A stretch of 64,000 nt of DNA from Macrostomum lignano. Lineage: Eukaryota. Of this stretch, positions 25,023-40,617 are shown piece after piece (positions within the stretch are counted from its first letter, which is position 1; each line of letters starts with the position of its first letter). A program made the translations under genes and the position numbers. The notes below the pieces were generated by a model. That model was not told where the DNA came from. It ran no database searches and was given only the letters and a program-made list of their open reading frames with translations. Location of the stretch: contig NIVC01001517.1 of the NCBI GenBank assembly GCA_002269645.1, positions 124,001 through 188,000 on the forward strand. The letters are read 5' to 3'.

Positions 25023-25780
25023 CCAGACTCCGCCCGAGCCCGAGCCCTCAGCCTCCAGCATCACGGTTCCCTCACAATCAGGCTGATTGCAGGAATCCAC
25101 AAGCCCAGTGAAAGCTCCATGGAGACAGAATTGAATTAAAAAACAACACGCGGGGGATCAGATTTCATCGTCTGAAACATCTCGAAAATTGAGTTGCTGC
25201 GGCAGCTGATTTGCATCCACGCCCGCAGATCCCTAGCGGCGGTAAGAAGCTTCATCGCGGGGCTCGAACTCCGGACAGCCGAAATTCTATTGGCAGCGAA
25301 TTGTTTGGGCGCTGATTGGCAGCTCCGCATCCGGCCTGAAATCCCCCACAAATTCTGCCTGCATTTGAATTATTGAATCAATAAGCCGAGGCTGAACAAA
25401 ACGCTGCTGATTTCTCTACCTGGCGGGAGCCTTTCCGCCGCGGCTAAGCGCCCTGGGGATTAGAGAGGCCGCAAGATCCCCGTGGGCGGCCGGACAGACG
25501 GCTAACAAAAAAAATGTCGCCTCAAAACATCTGCCGCTGCGAGTAGCGCAGCTTTTATTGCCACTGACGCTCAGCGCACAGGCGGGACGGCTTGTAAAAA
25601 CTGCGGGGGAGAAAGTTCCCGCTGCTGGAGCACGTGTTTGACAGCTCCGCGTGCGCCTCTCAGCGCCCAACTTTTTTCCGGACTGCCAGCCCGCGACACT
25701 GCAGTTTGGGGCGACCGAAAACTGCCGTCTGTCAGCTCTGGCAGCGGCTGCACCTCTGCTGCGGCTGCTGCGAGTTGAAG

Positions 25781-26709
<929 letters not shown>

Positions 26710-27209
26710 TTTTCGCCGTAAATCTGGCCTTAGTCCAACTCAATTTGAATGAATTGATTTCATTTTCACTCTCATTCATGTTAGCAAAATCTTCAAAAGT
26801 CACGTTCAGAGCCGGCAACGAACACTGGTTTTTTAATAATCTTTTTTCCAAATTAGGAAAATGAAAATTCTAGTTTTTTGTAGGTTTGCCAGAAAGTGCA
26901 ATGAAATGAAATCAGTAGCGAGCACTGTGGATTGCCGCAGACAGCTACATTTGTAGCGCCCATTGAATGAGGCACAATGCCTGCTTTGCTGAGATCAGGT
27001 TGCCAAGCGCTCTTCAGAAACCAGCTCGGCTTTTTTGGCACGTGACGTTTCAACTGCGCTTTGGTGCAGCTTCACTCGGAGGGAAGTCGCTTTGTTACAA
27101 CTGATGAACAGAATCCACCGATTTTCCACTGACATTGCAGCCCCTCAGCTCACCGCCCGGCTGAAGTGTGAAAATATCGGCAACTGCCTTCAACTCAATT
27201 TTCAGTTCT

Positions 27210-27620
27210 GCCTTTCTCCTCCTCTCTCTCCTCTCCCTCTCTCCTCTCTACCCCCTCTCCTCTCTCCTCTCTCCCTCTCTCCTCTCTCCCTCTCCCTCTC
27301 TCCTCTCTCCCCCTCTCCTCTCTCCTCTCTATCCCTCTCCCCTCTCTCCCTCTCCCTCTCTCCTCTCTCCCTCTCTCCTCTCTCCCTCTCCCTCTCTCCT
27401 CTCTCCCCTCTCTCCTCTCTCCTCTCTGACTCTCTCTCCTCTCTCCTTCTCTCCCTCTCCCTCTTTCCTCTCTCCCCCCTCTCGCTCCCTCTCCCTCTCT
27501 CCTCTCTCCCTCCCTCTCCCTCTCCTCTCTCCCCCCTCTCGCTCCCTCTCCCTCTCTCCTCTCCCACCCTCCCTGTCTCCTCTCCCTCCCTCTCCTCCCT
27601 CCTCTCTTCCTCCTCTCCAT
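27210..27620. repeat. Polypyrimidine CT-rich low-complexity tract
   Basis: Direct reading. Confidence 0.9.
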
Positions 27621-28177
27621 CTCGCTCGTCCAGTGAAAGCAGTGCCCTCCTAAAGCAAAACTACCAGTCTTACCAACTCCCAGGTTCGAAGCTGCAGCCG
27701 CACCAGCCCATCGCCTCCGATCAGCCCAAGCGCCCATCGATCTCCCGGTTGCCGCTGTAGTCGCCTCCGCTTAGATACGTGCTGCTCAAAGCAGATGCAG
27801 AGTGGAGTCTGGCAGTCTGTGATCGATCTGCAAACTCACCTCCCTGATCAGCTTCATCTGCGCGTGCCGCTCCCTCAACTCAACCAACTCAACCAACTCA
27901 ACCAACTCAACCAACTCGAGCAACTCGCTCATGATCAAAGCCGCTCCGAGCTCCTTTGTTGAGCTCTTTTTGTGCAAAATTTCATATGTGACTTTAATGA
28001 CTGAACTCTGTCTGTGGGATTGAGGCACACTGACTTCCCATCCCGGGTGGGAGTTGTTTTGGGGATTGAGGCACACTGACTTCCCATCCCGGGTGGGAGT
28101 TGTTTTGGCGTTTGGCTTTCCATAATCTTTTCCGTACTGGGAAGCATATAATGACCCATGACTGTTTTGAAGTGCAT

Positions 28178-29275
28178 TTCTGACTCAATATCTGTAATTT
28201 CTGACTCAATATCTGTAATATCTGACTCAATATCTGTCATATCTGACTCAATATCTGTCATTTCTGACTCAATATCTGTCCTTTCTGACTCAATATCGGT
28301 CATTTCTAACTCAATATCTGTCATTTCTGACTCAATATCTGTCCTTTCTGACTCAATATCTGTCCTTTCTGACTCAATATCTGTCCTTTCTGACTCAATA
28401 TCTGTCCTTTCTGACTCAATATCTGTAATTTCTGACTCAATATCTGTCATTTCTGACTCAATATCTGCCATTTCTGACTCAATATCTGTCCTTTCTGACT
28501 CAATATCTGTAATATCTGACTCAATATCTGTCATTTCTGACTCAATATCTGTAATATCTGACTCAATATCTGTCCTTTCTGACTCAATATCTGTCCTTTC
28601 TGACTCAATATCTGTAATATCTGACTCAATATCTGTCATTTCTGACTCAATATCTGTAATTTCTGACTCAATATCAGTAATTTCTGACTCAATATCTGTC
28701 CTTTCTGACTCAATATCGGTCATTTCTGACTCAATATCTGTCCTTTCTGACTCAATATCTGTCCTTTCTGACTCAATATCTGTAATTTCTGACTCAATAT
28801 CTGTCCTTTCTGACCCAATATCTGTCCTTTCTGACTCAATATCTGTAATTTCTGACTCAATATCTGTCCTTTCTGACTCAATATCTGTCCTTTCTGACTC
28901 AATATCTGTCCTTTCTGACTCAATATCGGTCATTTCTGACTCAATATCTGTCCTTTCTGACTCAATATCTGTCCTTTCTGACTCAATATCTGTCCTTTCT
29001 GACTCAATATCTGTCCTTTCTGACTCAATATCTGTCATTTCTGACTCAATATCAGTAATTTCTGACTCAATATCTGTCAATTCTGACTCAATATCTGTCC
29101 TTTCTGACTCAATATCTGTAATTTCTGACTCAATATCTGTCCTTTCTGACTCAATATCTGTCATATCTGACTCAATATCTGTCCTTTCTGACTCAATATC
29201 TGTAATTTCTGACTCAATATCTGTCATTTCTGACTCAATATCAGTAATTTATGACTCAATATCGGTTATTTCCGA
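28178..29275. repeat. 21-bp minisatellite TCTGACTCAATATCTGTCCTT
   Basis: About 50 tandem copies; explains the TDIESER/ISVLSDS ORFs. Confidence 0.96.
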
Positions 29276-29804
29276 GCCAATTTAATTTCGGGAGAGCCTG
29301 AGCAGAGGCTGTGAGTGTCTCCATCAAGTCCTCTCATATTTTGCACATGCAGCTGGGAAAGACGCAGTGTTTACCAAGTGCTCCTGGACTCGCTCAGGTC
29401 AGTGATCGATGACCCAGAGTGATTTTCTCAAGCAATGGCGCGACTGTAATGAATTCTGCTCTCAGCCCGGTCTCAGGCCAGCTAATTAGCATATTAATCA
29501 GCCCTCTCCAGCCCTGACTACCGGACACCTCGCCCGCGCGAATCCCAGGTGCAATTTTTTGTGTTTATTTCTGTTTATTTGGCAGCCGAAGTTGCCCCGG
29601 ATGTCCGCTGGGAGCGGCTGGCCAGGCGGGCTGCAATTATTTATAAATATGCTGGCATCATCTGCCTACCCGATCCGCTGCATCCCGCCTCCATCATGCT
29701 CTTCTCTTGTGCCAGCTCAGCTTCCGCCCCCACTCCTGCCTCTACTCTTCCGCATTACCTCCCACACCTGGTCTCTGCACGTCTGCTGCTCTTTATCTCA
29801 GCCT

Positions 29805-30135
29805 CTCTACTCTCTTCTCTCCCCTCTTCTCTCTCCCCTCTTCTCTCTCCCCTCTTCTCTCTCCCCTCTTCTCTCTCCCCTCTTCTCTCTCCCCTCTTCT
29901 CTCTCCCCTCTTCTCTCTCCCCTCTTCTCTCTCCCCTCTTCTCTCTCCCCTCTTCTCTCTCCCCTCTTCTCTCTCCCCTCTTCTCTCTCCCCTCTTCTCT
30001 CTCCCCTCTTCTCTCTCCCCTCTTCTCTCTCCCTCTTCTCTCTCCCCTCTTCTCTCTCCCCTCTTCTCTCTCCCCTCTTCTCTCTCCCCTCTTCTCTCTC
30101 CCCTCTTCTCTCTCCCCTCTTCTCTCTCCTCTCTC
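29805..30135. repeat. 14-bp polypyrimidine repeat CCCCTCTTCTCTCT
   Basis: Units start at 29821 and 29835. Confidence 0.93.
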
Positions 30136-30920
30136 ATCCCTCCTTTTTTCTCTCCTCTCTTTTCTCCTCTCTCCTTTCTCCCTTGAAACCTCACCGTTCT
30201 TATTTCTGCAGAATAATTTTAAGTCAAGCCTTGAAACAAACTTGTCCATCAATACACGCTGGCAGTTCCAAGCTGATTAAAGTATTGCACATTCACCCCA
30301 GCCGAGTGCTTACAGCAGTCGAGTGCTTAAGGCCCATGAAACCCCATGGGGATCCCTTAGCAGCTGTCGGTCACCCCCAGGCCCTGATCCCTATTAATAT
30401 CATTTAATCTCCTTAATTGCATCCCCTCAAGTTTCTGTTGCTCATCTTTTTCAGCGACTCAAATTCGATATTGAAAGCTTTGAAACTCAAGTCGATTAAT
30501 AAATAGATTTCTGGTTGAGTTGTCCAGTCAAAGGTTTCCGCCGCCTGCTGCAGCCGCCCTGCGGCCCCCACTTCCTCTGTCCCGGCCAGCACCATTTCCC
30601 CCGTGCAGTTTTGCCCCGGCTACTCCTGAGCAGCTCCCGGTGAGCAGGGATAATCCTCTGAGCTGACTGAGCACCGCTCCGCGCCTCCGCAATCACCGGC
30701 CCATTCTGAGCTGGGAAAACACGGCTCAAGTGGCCCGGCTGAGCGCATTTGCAGGCGACACAAACTCGCGCGGTCCGGTGAAGGGGCGGGGATTTGAGCT
30801 GGGGGATTTGAGCTGGCTCAGGCTGGGCTGCGGCTCGGGTGGGGAGCAGAGAAACTGAAACAGCAGGGAACAGGGGAGATGGGAGAATTGGTGACAAACT
30901 CATGCCGTGACAGACACTGT

Positions 30921-31542
<622 letters not shown>

Positions 31543-32014
31543 AAGCCTCCCAGCCCCAGTCGCAGAGCAGTTGGTGAGCAAGTTTCCCACTCCCATTCCC
31601 CAGCTCAGCCGCATGTGAAATGGTCCCGGCCGATCGCATGGCAGCTAACGCGCCGCGGCTCCGGTGCCGGGGCGACCGAACGATTCCCAGCGGGGCTCCT
31701 TGAGCAGCTCAGATAAGAACAAGGCGAATTTGAATATGAATCGAATTTGGGCTTCGGCTTCCGACTTGAGCGCAGCCTCTCATCCGTCATCATAGTTCGC
31801 TGGTCCATTATCCACTCAGTGGCAGCTCAGAGGCAGATTTTATCACGGAAATTCCTCTGCTCGGGCATTGACTCGGACTTGAGCTCTCGTGAATGGATTT
31901 GATAACTAATAAAGAGCTTTTCAGTTATTATTGGGAGGGTAGCAACTCATTAAAGATGTTGGTCATTTTTAGCTCGTTTTGGGTTGCTTGAAATCCTTCA
32001 ATGTTGGTCATTCT

Positions 32015-32800
32015 GGGGTCATTCTCGATGATTGAGATCAATATTGGTCATTGTGCTGTCATTCAAGATGACTGAGATCAATATTGGTCATTGTGCTGTC
32101 ATTCAAGATGACTGAGATCAATATTGGTCATTGTGCTGTCATTCAAGATGACTGAGATCAATATTGGTCATTGTGCTGTCATTCAAGATGACTGAGATCA
32201 ATATTGGTCATTGTGGGTCATTCAAGATGACTGAGATCAATATTGGTCATTGTGGGTCATTCAAGATGACTGAGATCAATATTGGTCATTGTGGGTCATT
32301 CAAGATGACTGAGATCAATATTGGTCATTGTGCTGTCATTCAAGATGACTGAGATCAATATTGGTCATTGTGGGTCATTCAAGATGACTGAGATCAATAT
32401 TGGTCATTGTGGGTCATTCAAGATGACTGAGATCAATATTGGTCATTGTGGAGTCATTCTAGATTACTGAGATCAATCTCGGTCATTTTGGGGTCATTCT
32501 AGGTGACGTGACTGAGTTGAATATTGATCATTGTGAGGTCATTCTAGATGTCTGAAATGAATATTGATCATGGTGAAGTCATTCTAGATGTCTGAGATCA
32601 ATATTGGTCATTGTGAGGTCATTCTAGATTACTGAGATCAATATCGGTTATTTTAGGTGACTGAGTTGAATATTGATCATTGTGGGGTCATTCTGGATGA
32701 CTGATATCAATACGAGCGTATTGGTCATTGCGAGGTCATTCTGGATGACTGACATCAATACTGGTCATTGTGGAGTCATTCTAGAGAACTGAGATGATCT
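32015..32800. repeat. 40-bp minisatellite ATTCAAGATGACTGAGATCAATATTGGTCATTGTGCTGTC
   Basis: 40-bp period; degenerates toward the right. Confidence 0.93.
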
Positions 32801-33249
32801 GACCTTCAAAACTCCTTCATCTTGCGAAAATTCACAGTTCCTCACCTGCGCTGGCCAGTGGCACCGTCAGGCCCAGGTGAGCGGCCGTCCCTCGCCAAAG
32901 GCAGCCCTCCCGGGGTTTCTGTTGAATCTTCCAGTGTTGCTTTTCGCCAGATTTTCGCTCCCAGAAGAATTTCCAGACTGGCCGGAGCTGTCAGCGGCCG
33001 GCAGCCTGAGTGACAGCCGCGGCCGGGGCGCAAAGCACCTGCGAAGCCGCCACTTCGGCCAATTTTCACCTGGCCGGACAGCCTGGATGGGTGCTGGGCT
33101 TATTTTATTTTTTTATTCGCCCCGCCGCCTCGGTTTATCTTGACAACGGCACTCGCCACCTTTTCACTTCTGCCGGCTCCTGTTACACCCAGCTGTCACC
33201 TCCGCCTCCCTCCCTGCGCCTCACTCCCTACGCCTCACTCCCTACCCTC

Positions 33250-33875
33250 TAGTCTACCCTCCCTACCCTCTCCTCTACCCTCCCTACCCTCTCCTCTACC
33301 CTCCCAACCCTCTCCTCTACCCTCCCTACCCTCCCAACCCTCTCCTCTACCCTCCCTACCCTCCCAACCCTCTCCTCTACCCTCCCTACCCTCCCAACCC
33401 TCTCCTCTACCCTCCCTACCCTTCCTACCCTCTTCTCTACCCTCCTAAACCTCTCCTCTACCCTCCCTACCCTCTCCTCTACCCTCCCAAACCTCTCTCT
33501 ACCCTCCCTACCCTCTCCTCTACCCTCCCTACCCACCCAACCCTCTCCTCTACCCTCCCTACCCACCCAACCCTCTCCTCTACCCTCCCTACCCTCCCAA
33601 CCCTCTCCTCTACCCTCCCTACCCTCTCCTTTACCCTCCCAAACCTCTCTCTACCCTCCCTACCCTCCCAACCCTCTCCTCTACCCTCCCTACCCACCCA
33701 ACCCTCTCCTCTACCCTCCCTACCCTTCCTACCCTCTTCTCTACCCTCCCTACCCTCTCCTCTACCCTTCCCCTCCTCTACCCTCCGTACCCTCTCCTCT
33801 ACCCTCCCCCTCCTCTACCCTCCGTACCCTCTCCTCTACCCTCCCCCTCCTCTACCCTCCCCTACCCTTTCCTCA
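33250..33875. repeat. C-rich repeat built from CTACCCTCC / CAACCCTCTCCT modules
   Basis: Direct reading. Confidence 0.9.
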
Positions 33876-34597
33876 ACGCTTGCCTATCCTCTCCTTTACA
33901 GATAGACAGACAGACAGGCAGATGTGAACAGGTCAAAGCACAGCCGACAGACAGGAATTGATGAGAGGAATAATTAAAATCAGAGGCCACTGTGGTGAAG
34001 TGAGGCAAACCCGGCCTGTGAACTCAGTGTCAGGCCGGTCACCTGGCGCCAGCGGGGCTGCCAGGTGAAAGCTGTGTCCTGTTGTCTCCCCTGTAATTTG
34101 CTTCCACCAGCCCTCCCCAAGCGGAGTTGAGCCACTCAGCCCCCTCGGAAGCCCTCCGCAGATTTAGTGGTCAAGTTTTAATTTCCTACTTTAATCAACA
34201 CGTGGCTGCCATGGCCGGGGCTGGGGCAGAGCTGGATGGCCGACTCCCCTGGTCGCCACAAAGCCGATCGATGCTGTAATTGAGAGCCGGCTCGGCCGCG
34301 CGGGTGTCTCCCAGTCTTCCCGGGCGGCTTGGGTCCGGAGCTGCCGGATTTCAACTGCACTTGAAAACGGAGTGAAAGTCGGAGCGAAACCCCCAGCCCC
34401 CTCAGACTGACAGGTGGCGGTCGTCTGTGGCTTACCAGCCCCCTTTCAATCTTTGCGAGGCTGCTGCTACACGCTTCCCAGCCTCCTTATCTGCCTCATC
34501 TGCAGAATCCCTCAGCCCCCCCACCCGCCTGACACATTCGGATGCACTGTTCCAAGGCCTAACATAACAATGCTCATTTCGGCAGGGACTCCAGATG

Positions 34598-34795
34598 TAG
34601 CTGCAGATGAAGCTGCAGATGAAGCTGCAGATGAAGCTGCAGATGAAGCTGCAGATGAAGCTGCAGATGAAGCTGCAGATGAAGCTGCAGATGAAGCAGC
34701 AGATGAAGCTCCAGATGAAGCTGCAGATGAAGCTGCAGATGAAGCAGCAGATGAAGCTGCAGATGAAGATCCAGATGAAGCTGCAGATGAAGCTG
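34598..34795. repeat. 12-bp repeat GATGAAGCTGCA
   Basis: Tandem copies (ADEA/MKLQ ORFs). Confidence 0.92.
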
Positions 34796-35189
34796 CACTC
34801 TCTGTCGAGTCTGCCTAAGAGCTGCCGACTTCATTGGGTTGCCAATGGACTGCAGCTGTGGTCTCATTGGCCAGCTGGGGGGGGGGGCAGCTCCCAGTCC
34901 CTGCCAACCCCGGGTCCGCCTCGTCTTTACCCGCTTGCCCCGCTGCCCCCGCTTTTACAACCTGGCAGAGCAGCCCGAAGCGCAGAGAAGCAGAGGAGCG
35001 GAGGAGCGCCGATCGTAAAAGCGTAGAGTCGCCGACCCCCAGTGACGGTCTGGCAGCAGCTGTTTGAGCCACTGCGCGCTTATTTTTCCGGCCAAGTCAA
35101 GATGTCAGCAGCCGAGCCGCTGTTGTAAGACTTTCTTTTGATTGCCCTGGCGAACCTTCTCGCTACTCACTGAGCCCCTGACCGGCCAT

Positions 35190-38028
35190 ATGGACCCCCA
35201 CCCGATGGACCTCGCCTCCATGCTGGGCCGCTACAGCTTCGACTTCGATGAGGCCTCAGCTGATGACGAGGCCGGCACAACCACCTTCTCGTCCTCGCTG
35301 GCGGCTGCCGGCGGTCTCAGCGGGCAGCTCAAGCAGCCGCCGTCCTCGCTGTCCACCGCCTCTGGCGTCTACGGCGGCGGCAACGGCGGAGGCGGCGGCA
35401 GCGGCAGCGGCAGCAGCGGCGCCGGCTGCCTCCCTGGCAATTTTTCGTCCCTCCGCGCGTCCTCGGCTGCGGCAGCCATCAGCACCAGCGACAGCGCCAT
35501 CGGCAGCACCTGCAGCACCAGTTCCAGCACCACCTGCTGCCCGGGGGCGCCATCTCTGACGGAGGCGCCGGCCAGCTGACTGCAACACCGCGGCACCGAC
35601 CGCACCACGCGACCCCGTCGAGGCAGTCGCCGCCGCCGCAGCCACCGCGGCCGGCTCAGCCGACCGGCCGCGCCCAGTTCGGCCCGTTCGCCCTGAAGTT
35701 TCTGCGCCGCTCGCCGCCCGCCAAGTCGCTGTGGCTGGTGGCGCTGGTGCTCGGCGCGGCCCTGACCGGCTTCCACCTGTGGCGCCTCTGGGCCGCCTTC
35801 AGCAGCGGCCGGACGGTCCTGACGGCTGGCCGGCCGCGCCCGTTTGTCTTCCCGGACGTGACGATCTGCCCGCCCAGCGCCTTTTTCCGCCGCGACGTCA
35901 GCAAGCCGGACACGCTGGAGGGCAGCAACCGGACGTTCGGCTTCGACATCCTGGTGAACTCGGCGCCCGCCCTGTGGCGCTACGTGCTGTACGGCAACAT
36001 GTCGCTGCAGCACCTCACGCAGGCGCAGCGGGAGTACGCCTCACGGCTGGCCCTGCTCAGTATCTTCCGGTACTACATCAACTCAAGTGCCGTGCTCAGC
36101 CCGCTGGACATGGTGGCCTACTGCCGCTACCAGGGCCGCCTCTGCGACATGGACAGCTTCTCCATCTTCTTCCACCCGGCTCACGGCTCCTGCATCACCT
36201 TCCACCCGCCCGTGCGAGCGGTGCGGGCCACCCACCTGGACACGGACAGCCCGGGCCTGGTGCTGCAGCTGCACACCCTCAGCCCCAGCAACTGGCTGCT
36301 CACCGGCGACTCCCAGACCAGCATGACTCACCGGCACAGCTACACTGCGGCGCTGCATCCGCCTCTCACCTGGCCCAGCTTCCAGCGGGTCTCCCACATC
36401 AACAGCGGCCGCATCACCTCCATGCGCGTCTCCATGCGGCAGGTGCGCCGCGACCAGCTGGACTTTGACGACATTGATGAGGCCGGACTCGGACAGGCGG
36501 TAAGGCGGTTTTGATGGCGCACTCATTCCAGATTCTCAGATTCCTTCATCATCACTGATTCCAGATTCTCACATTCCTTCATCATCACTGATTCCAGATT
36601 CTCAGATTCCTTCATCATCTCTGATTCCAGAATCCCAGATCCTTCATCATCATTGATTCCAGATTCTCACATTCCTTCATCATCACTGATTCCAGATTCT
36701 CAGATTCCTTCATCATCACTGATTCCAGATTCTCACATTCCTTCATCATCTTTGATTCCAGAATCCCAGATCCTTCATCATCTTTGATTCCAGAATCCCA
36801 GATCCTTCATCATCTTTGATTCCAGAATCCCAGATCCTTCATCATCTCTGATTCCAGAATCCCAGATCCTTCATCATCACTGATTCCAGAATCCCAGATC
36901 CTAGAACCCAGAACCAGGAGTCAACCGCTGAGCTGCTCACCTTCGCAGCGCCGCCCATCCCGCCGACTCCCGCAGGCGGAGCCGATCGCCGCGGCCACGG
37001 CCAGCTACTGCTTCGGCGGCCAGGCCCGCTGGTGCCGCCGCTACGCCAGCCGCCGCGAGGACCGCCTGCGGGTCCTCCGCCAGCGCGAGCTGCTGAGCAC
37101 CTGCGGCTGCCTTAGCGACTCCCTGCCGGTGCCGGAGCGGCTCGCCGACAAGCCGTCGTGCGTCGGCGTCCGCGAGCCGATCCTGCTGCAGTTCGACCCG
37201 CGCCGGGCCAAGTACGTGGGCCGCTACCTGTACATCCTGGACCGCGGCGGCGAGATGCGCTGGATTGAGGACACGCGCGACTACGCGGCCTTCAAGCGCT
37301 CGGTGGACTGCTTCCTGCGCCACTTCCCCCGGCCGCTGGACGAGGCCCGGTTGGGCGCAGCCGACCCCGACGCCGTGAGCACCAGCTACCGGGCCGAGGT
37401 GGACTCTGGGCCCTGGTTCCAGTCCACCGACACGCTGCACGCGGCCTACATCTCGCAGAACCTCCGTCTGTACGAGCAGCAGGTGGTGCGGCCGGAGGCG
37501 CGACGCCGGAACGCCAGCCTGCCAGTGCAGGCCTACCTGCGGCGGCTGCAGGGCCCCGAGCAGTTCAGCATCCACGCGCACAAGGTGCTGCAGAGCAACA
37601 CCGGCATGCTGGAGGTCCGGCCGGCCTCGCTGCTCAGCCAGCAGGTGTCCGAGGTGTGGCTGTACCCGCTGTCCGCCTTCCTGGCCGACGCTGGCGGCGC
37701 TCTCGGCCTCCTGCTGGGCGCCTCGCTGGTGAGCCTGCTGGAGTGCCTCGACGCGCTGCTCATGCTGGCCTGCTGCCGAGGGCGAGCGTCGGCAACGTCG
37801 GCAGCGGCAGCGGCGGCTTCAGGAGACGCCTTCGGCAATCGGAGGGCTGCTGCAAGGACTGGCTGCGGGCACGGAGACAGCTACTGCGGAGTGGGCAGCG
37901 TCAAGAGCCGGCACAGGCAGCAGCGGCAGCGGCAGGGGCGTCGGTGTCGGGACAGCGGCTGCCGCTGCCACTGCCAGTGCGAAGGCGGCGGCGGCGACGG
38001 AGGCGGCAGCGGCCACTTGACTTGCTGA
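35190..38028 (+). CDS. Diverged DEG/ENaC (amiloride-sensitive sodium channel superfamily) subunit; exons about 35190-36499 and 36949-38028, with a -1 frameshift somewhere in 35267-35577
   Basis: TM1 (LWLVALVLGAALTGFHLW) is followed by FPDVTIC, YCRYQGRLC..F, HGSCITF, GLVLQL and TCGC. Exon 2 ends with MLEV...Y...FLADAGGALGLLLGASLVSLLE (TM2 with the GAS filter). The phase-0 GTAAGG...CTTCGCAG intron joins the frames. The low-complexity N-terminus from ATG 35190 is in another frame, so the start is less certain. Confidence 0.9.
36526..36902. repeat. About 32-33-bp minisatellite TTCCAGATTCTCAGATTCCTTCATCATCACTGA filling the DEG/ENaC intron
   Basis: Units start at 36526 and 36559. Confidence 0.93.
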
Positions 38029-38154
38029 CCCCCCCCCCCTGCCTGCGGTCACGTGTTGGACAGCCCGTATCGATATCGATATTGCTATATTGCTATAGTA
38101 TTTTGTAATTTGCGAACTCTGTTGTCACTCTGCGCAGATTGCCGGTGGGCGATG

Positions 38155-38600
38155 GAGCATTTGAGGAGTCTGGGAGTCAGTGATGAAGAATCTTTGGGAG
38201 TCTGAGAGTCAGTGATTTAACATTTGAGGAGTTTGATGGTCAGTGATGAAGCATCATTGGGAGTCTAAGGGTCACTGATGGATCATTTTAGGAGGCTGGA
38301 AGTCAGTGATGAGGGATCTTACGGAGGCTGACGGTCAGTGATGGAGGATCTTTGAGAGTCTGGGGGTCAGTGATGAATTATTTGAAGAGACTGGAAGTCA
38401 GTGATGAAGCTTCTGGAGAGGCTGAGGGTCAGTGATGGAGCACTTGAGGAGGCTGGGGTTCAGTGATGGAGCATTTGAGGAGTCTAGGAGTCAGTGCTGG
38501 AGGATCTTTGGGAGTCTGAAGGTCTGTGATGGAGCATTTTGGGAGACTGAGGGTCAGTAAATGGAGGATTAGAGGAGGCTGAGAGTCGGTGATGAAGGAT
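38155..38600. repeat. Degenerate about 32-bp minisatellite (GAGTCAGTGATGAAG...), reverse-complement relative of the intron array
   Basis: Recurrent GTCAGTGATG core, complementary to CATCACTGA in the intron array. Confidence 0.8.
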
Positions 38601-39174
38601 GAAGCCTGTCTCCCTGCTCCCCGCCCAGCCACGCCCCCAGCCGCAGCCCATGAAACCCCAATCGCGGTGAGTTTTGATCCCTCCTGAAAGCTGCCAGCCC
38701 CGGCGGCACAAATAGAACAGAGAGAATAAGTATTTGCGTTTTGCACCATAGTTTTTGATGGAGCAGAAAAACACAGAAAAACTTGCTTGCTTCTTTCTGG
38801 CATCTCCCGTCCCGGCCGGCCGGTCGATACCCCCCCTGCGAGCCAACGGTTTTGGCTTCTTTTGTTCCCAGCTTTGCTTTCCTGTGGCGGAAGCGGCTTT
38901 AACCATTGAGCACCGGCGCCCAGAAACATCTCGTTTCTCATTTTCCTGCGACTAAAAAAAGAAACTCCCCCCAGACAGGGGGCGCGGGCTGATGGATCGA
39001 TCGCACTGCCTGCCGAAGGTGCGGCTGCCCTCGCCCGCCCGGCTCATTATGCAGAACGCCTGAGTCATTCACGCTGAGCTGACTTCTCAAATGTGTTCCT
39101 AGCTGCTGCTGAGCTGCCATTGTGGTGGGGGACGAGTACAGGAGTTCTTTGGTATGCAACATCACCCACATATT

Positions 39175-39840
<666 letters not shown>

Positions 39841-40617
39841 CTAGAATCGGTGATGATAAAGGATCTGGAATTGTGGAATCAGCGCTAATGAAGGATTCGG
39901 GAGTTTGGAATCAGAGTAAAGGGTCAGGGGTCTCACAGATTCGGAACTGGATGCACAGTTACCCATGACTGTACCCAGAGCAGTGCTCGTGCCAAAGGCT
40001 GGACTCCGCCTGCAAGGGGCTCTCAGCTTCATTCACGGCCCAGCCGCCCCTCACTTACAGAGCCACACTTTTTGTGAAGTGATTAATTTGATTCCCGAGC
40101 AGAGAGCTCGCCAGTTTCTCAGTCGCTTCCCATGCAGACTCAACTGGGCCGAGATGGAGAGCGGGAGGCTGGGGTCTCCCAGTTCCTTCTCCCATCTCCG
40201 CAGCTCTCTTTTACAGCAGTCAAATTGGCTGAGAGATATGAGCGTATCTTGGCGTGCCTGGCCAAGGAGAACAGGATTAATGGCACCTGGATTTACGGGG
40301 GGGGAATCACCAAGCCAATTCGGTCTAACTTTCGCCACTGTTTCGGTGGGAAAGGCTGATGCAGCAGCTGGCTGAGCCAGCCAGATGCCAGAGTTCGGCC
40401 TCCATGGCTGCTCAGCTTTGATTGATGCAGAGTGCGAACTGTTGCTCCCGAGCCGTGGCTGGACAAATTCCAGCCTCCCTGCGTCTGGCGACCGGTCCGC
40501 TGAACTCTGAGAGCCGCTTCCTGCTCGGAGCTTCATTCAAAAGGTGTGTGCGATTGCTCACACCAGCTGTTCATCCATCAGTGATAACCGGAACTGAGCC
40601 ACAGATATCAGGGAGTC

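Noticed and set aside
27935-29285. 430-aa and 375-aa ORFs on opposite strands
   Set aside because: Products of a 21-bp minisatellite that lacks stop codons.
36440-36448. Alternative DEG/ENaC donor CAG|GTGCGC
   Set aside because: In phase, but a weaker match than GTAAGG at 36500 and cannot be resolved without transcripts; the model uses 36499.
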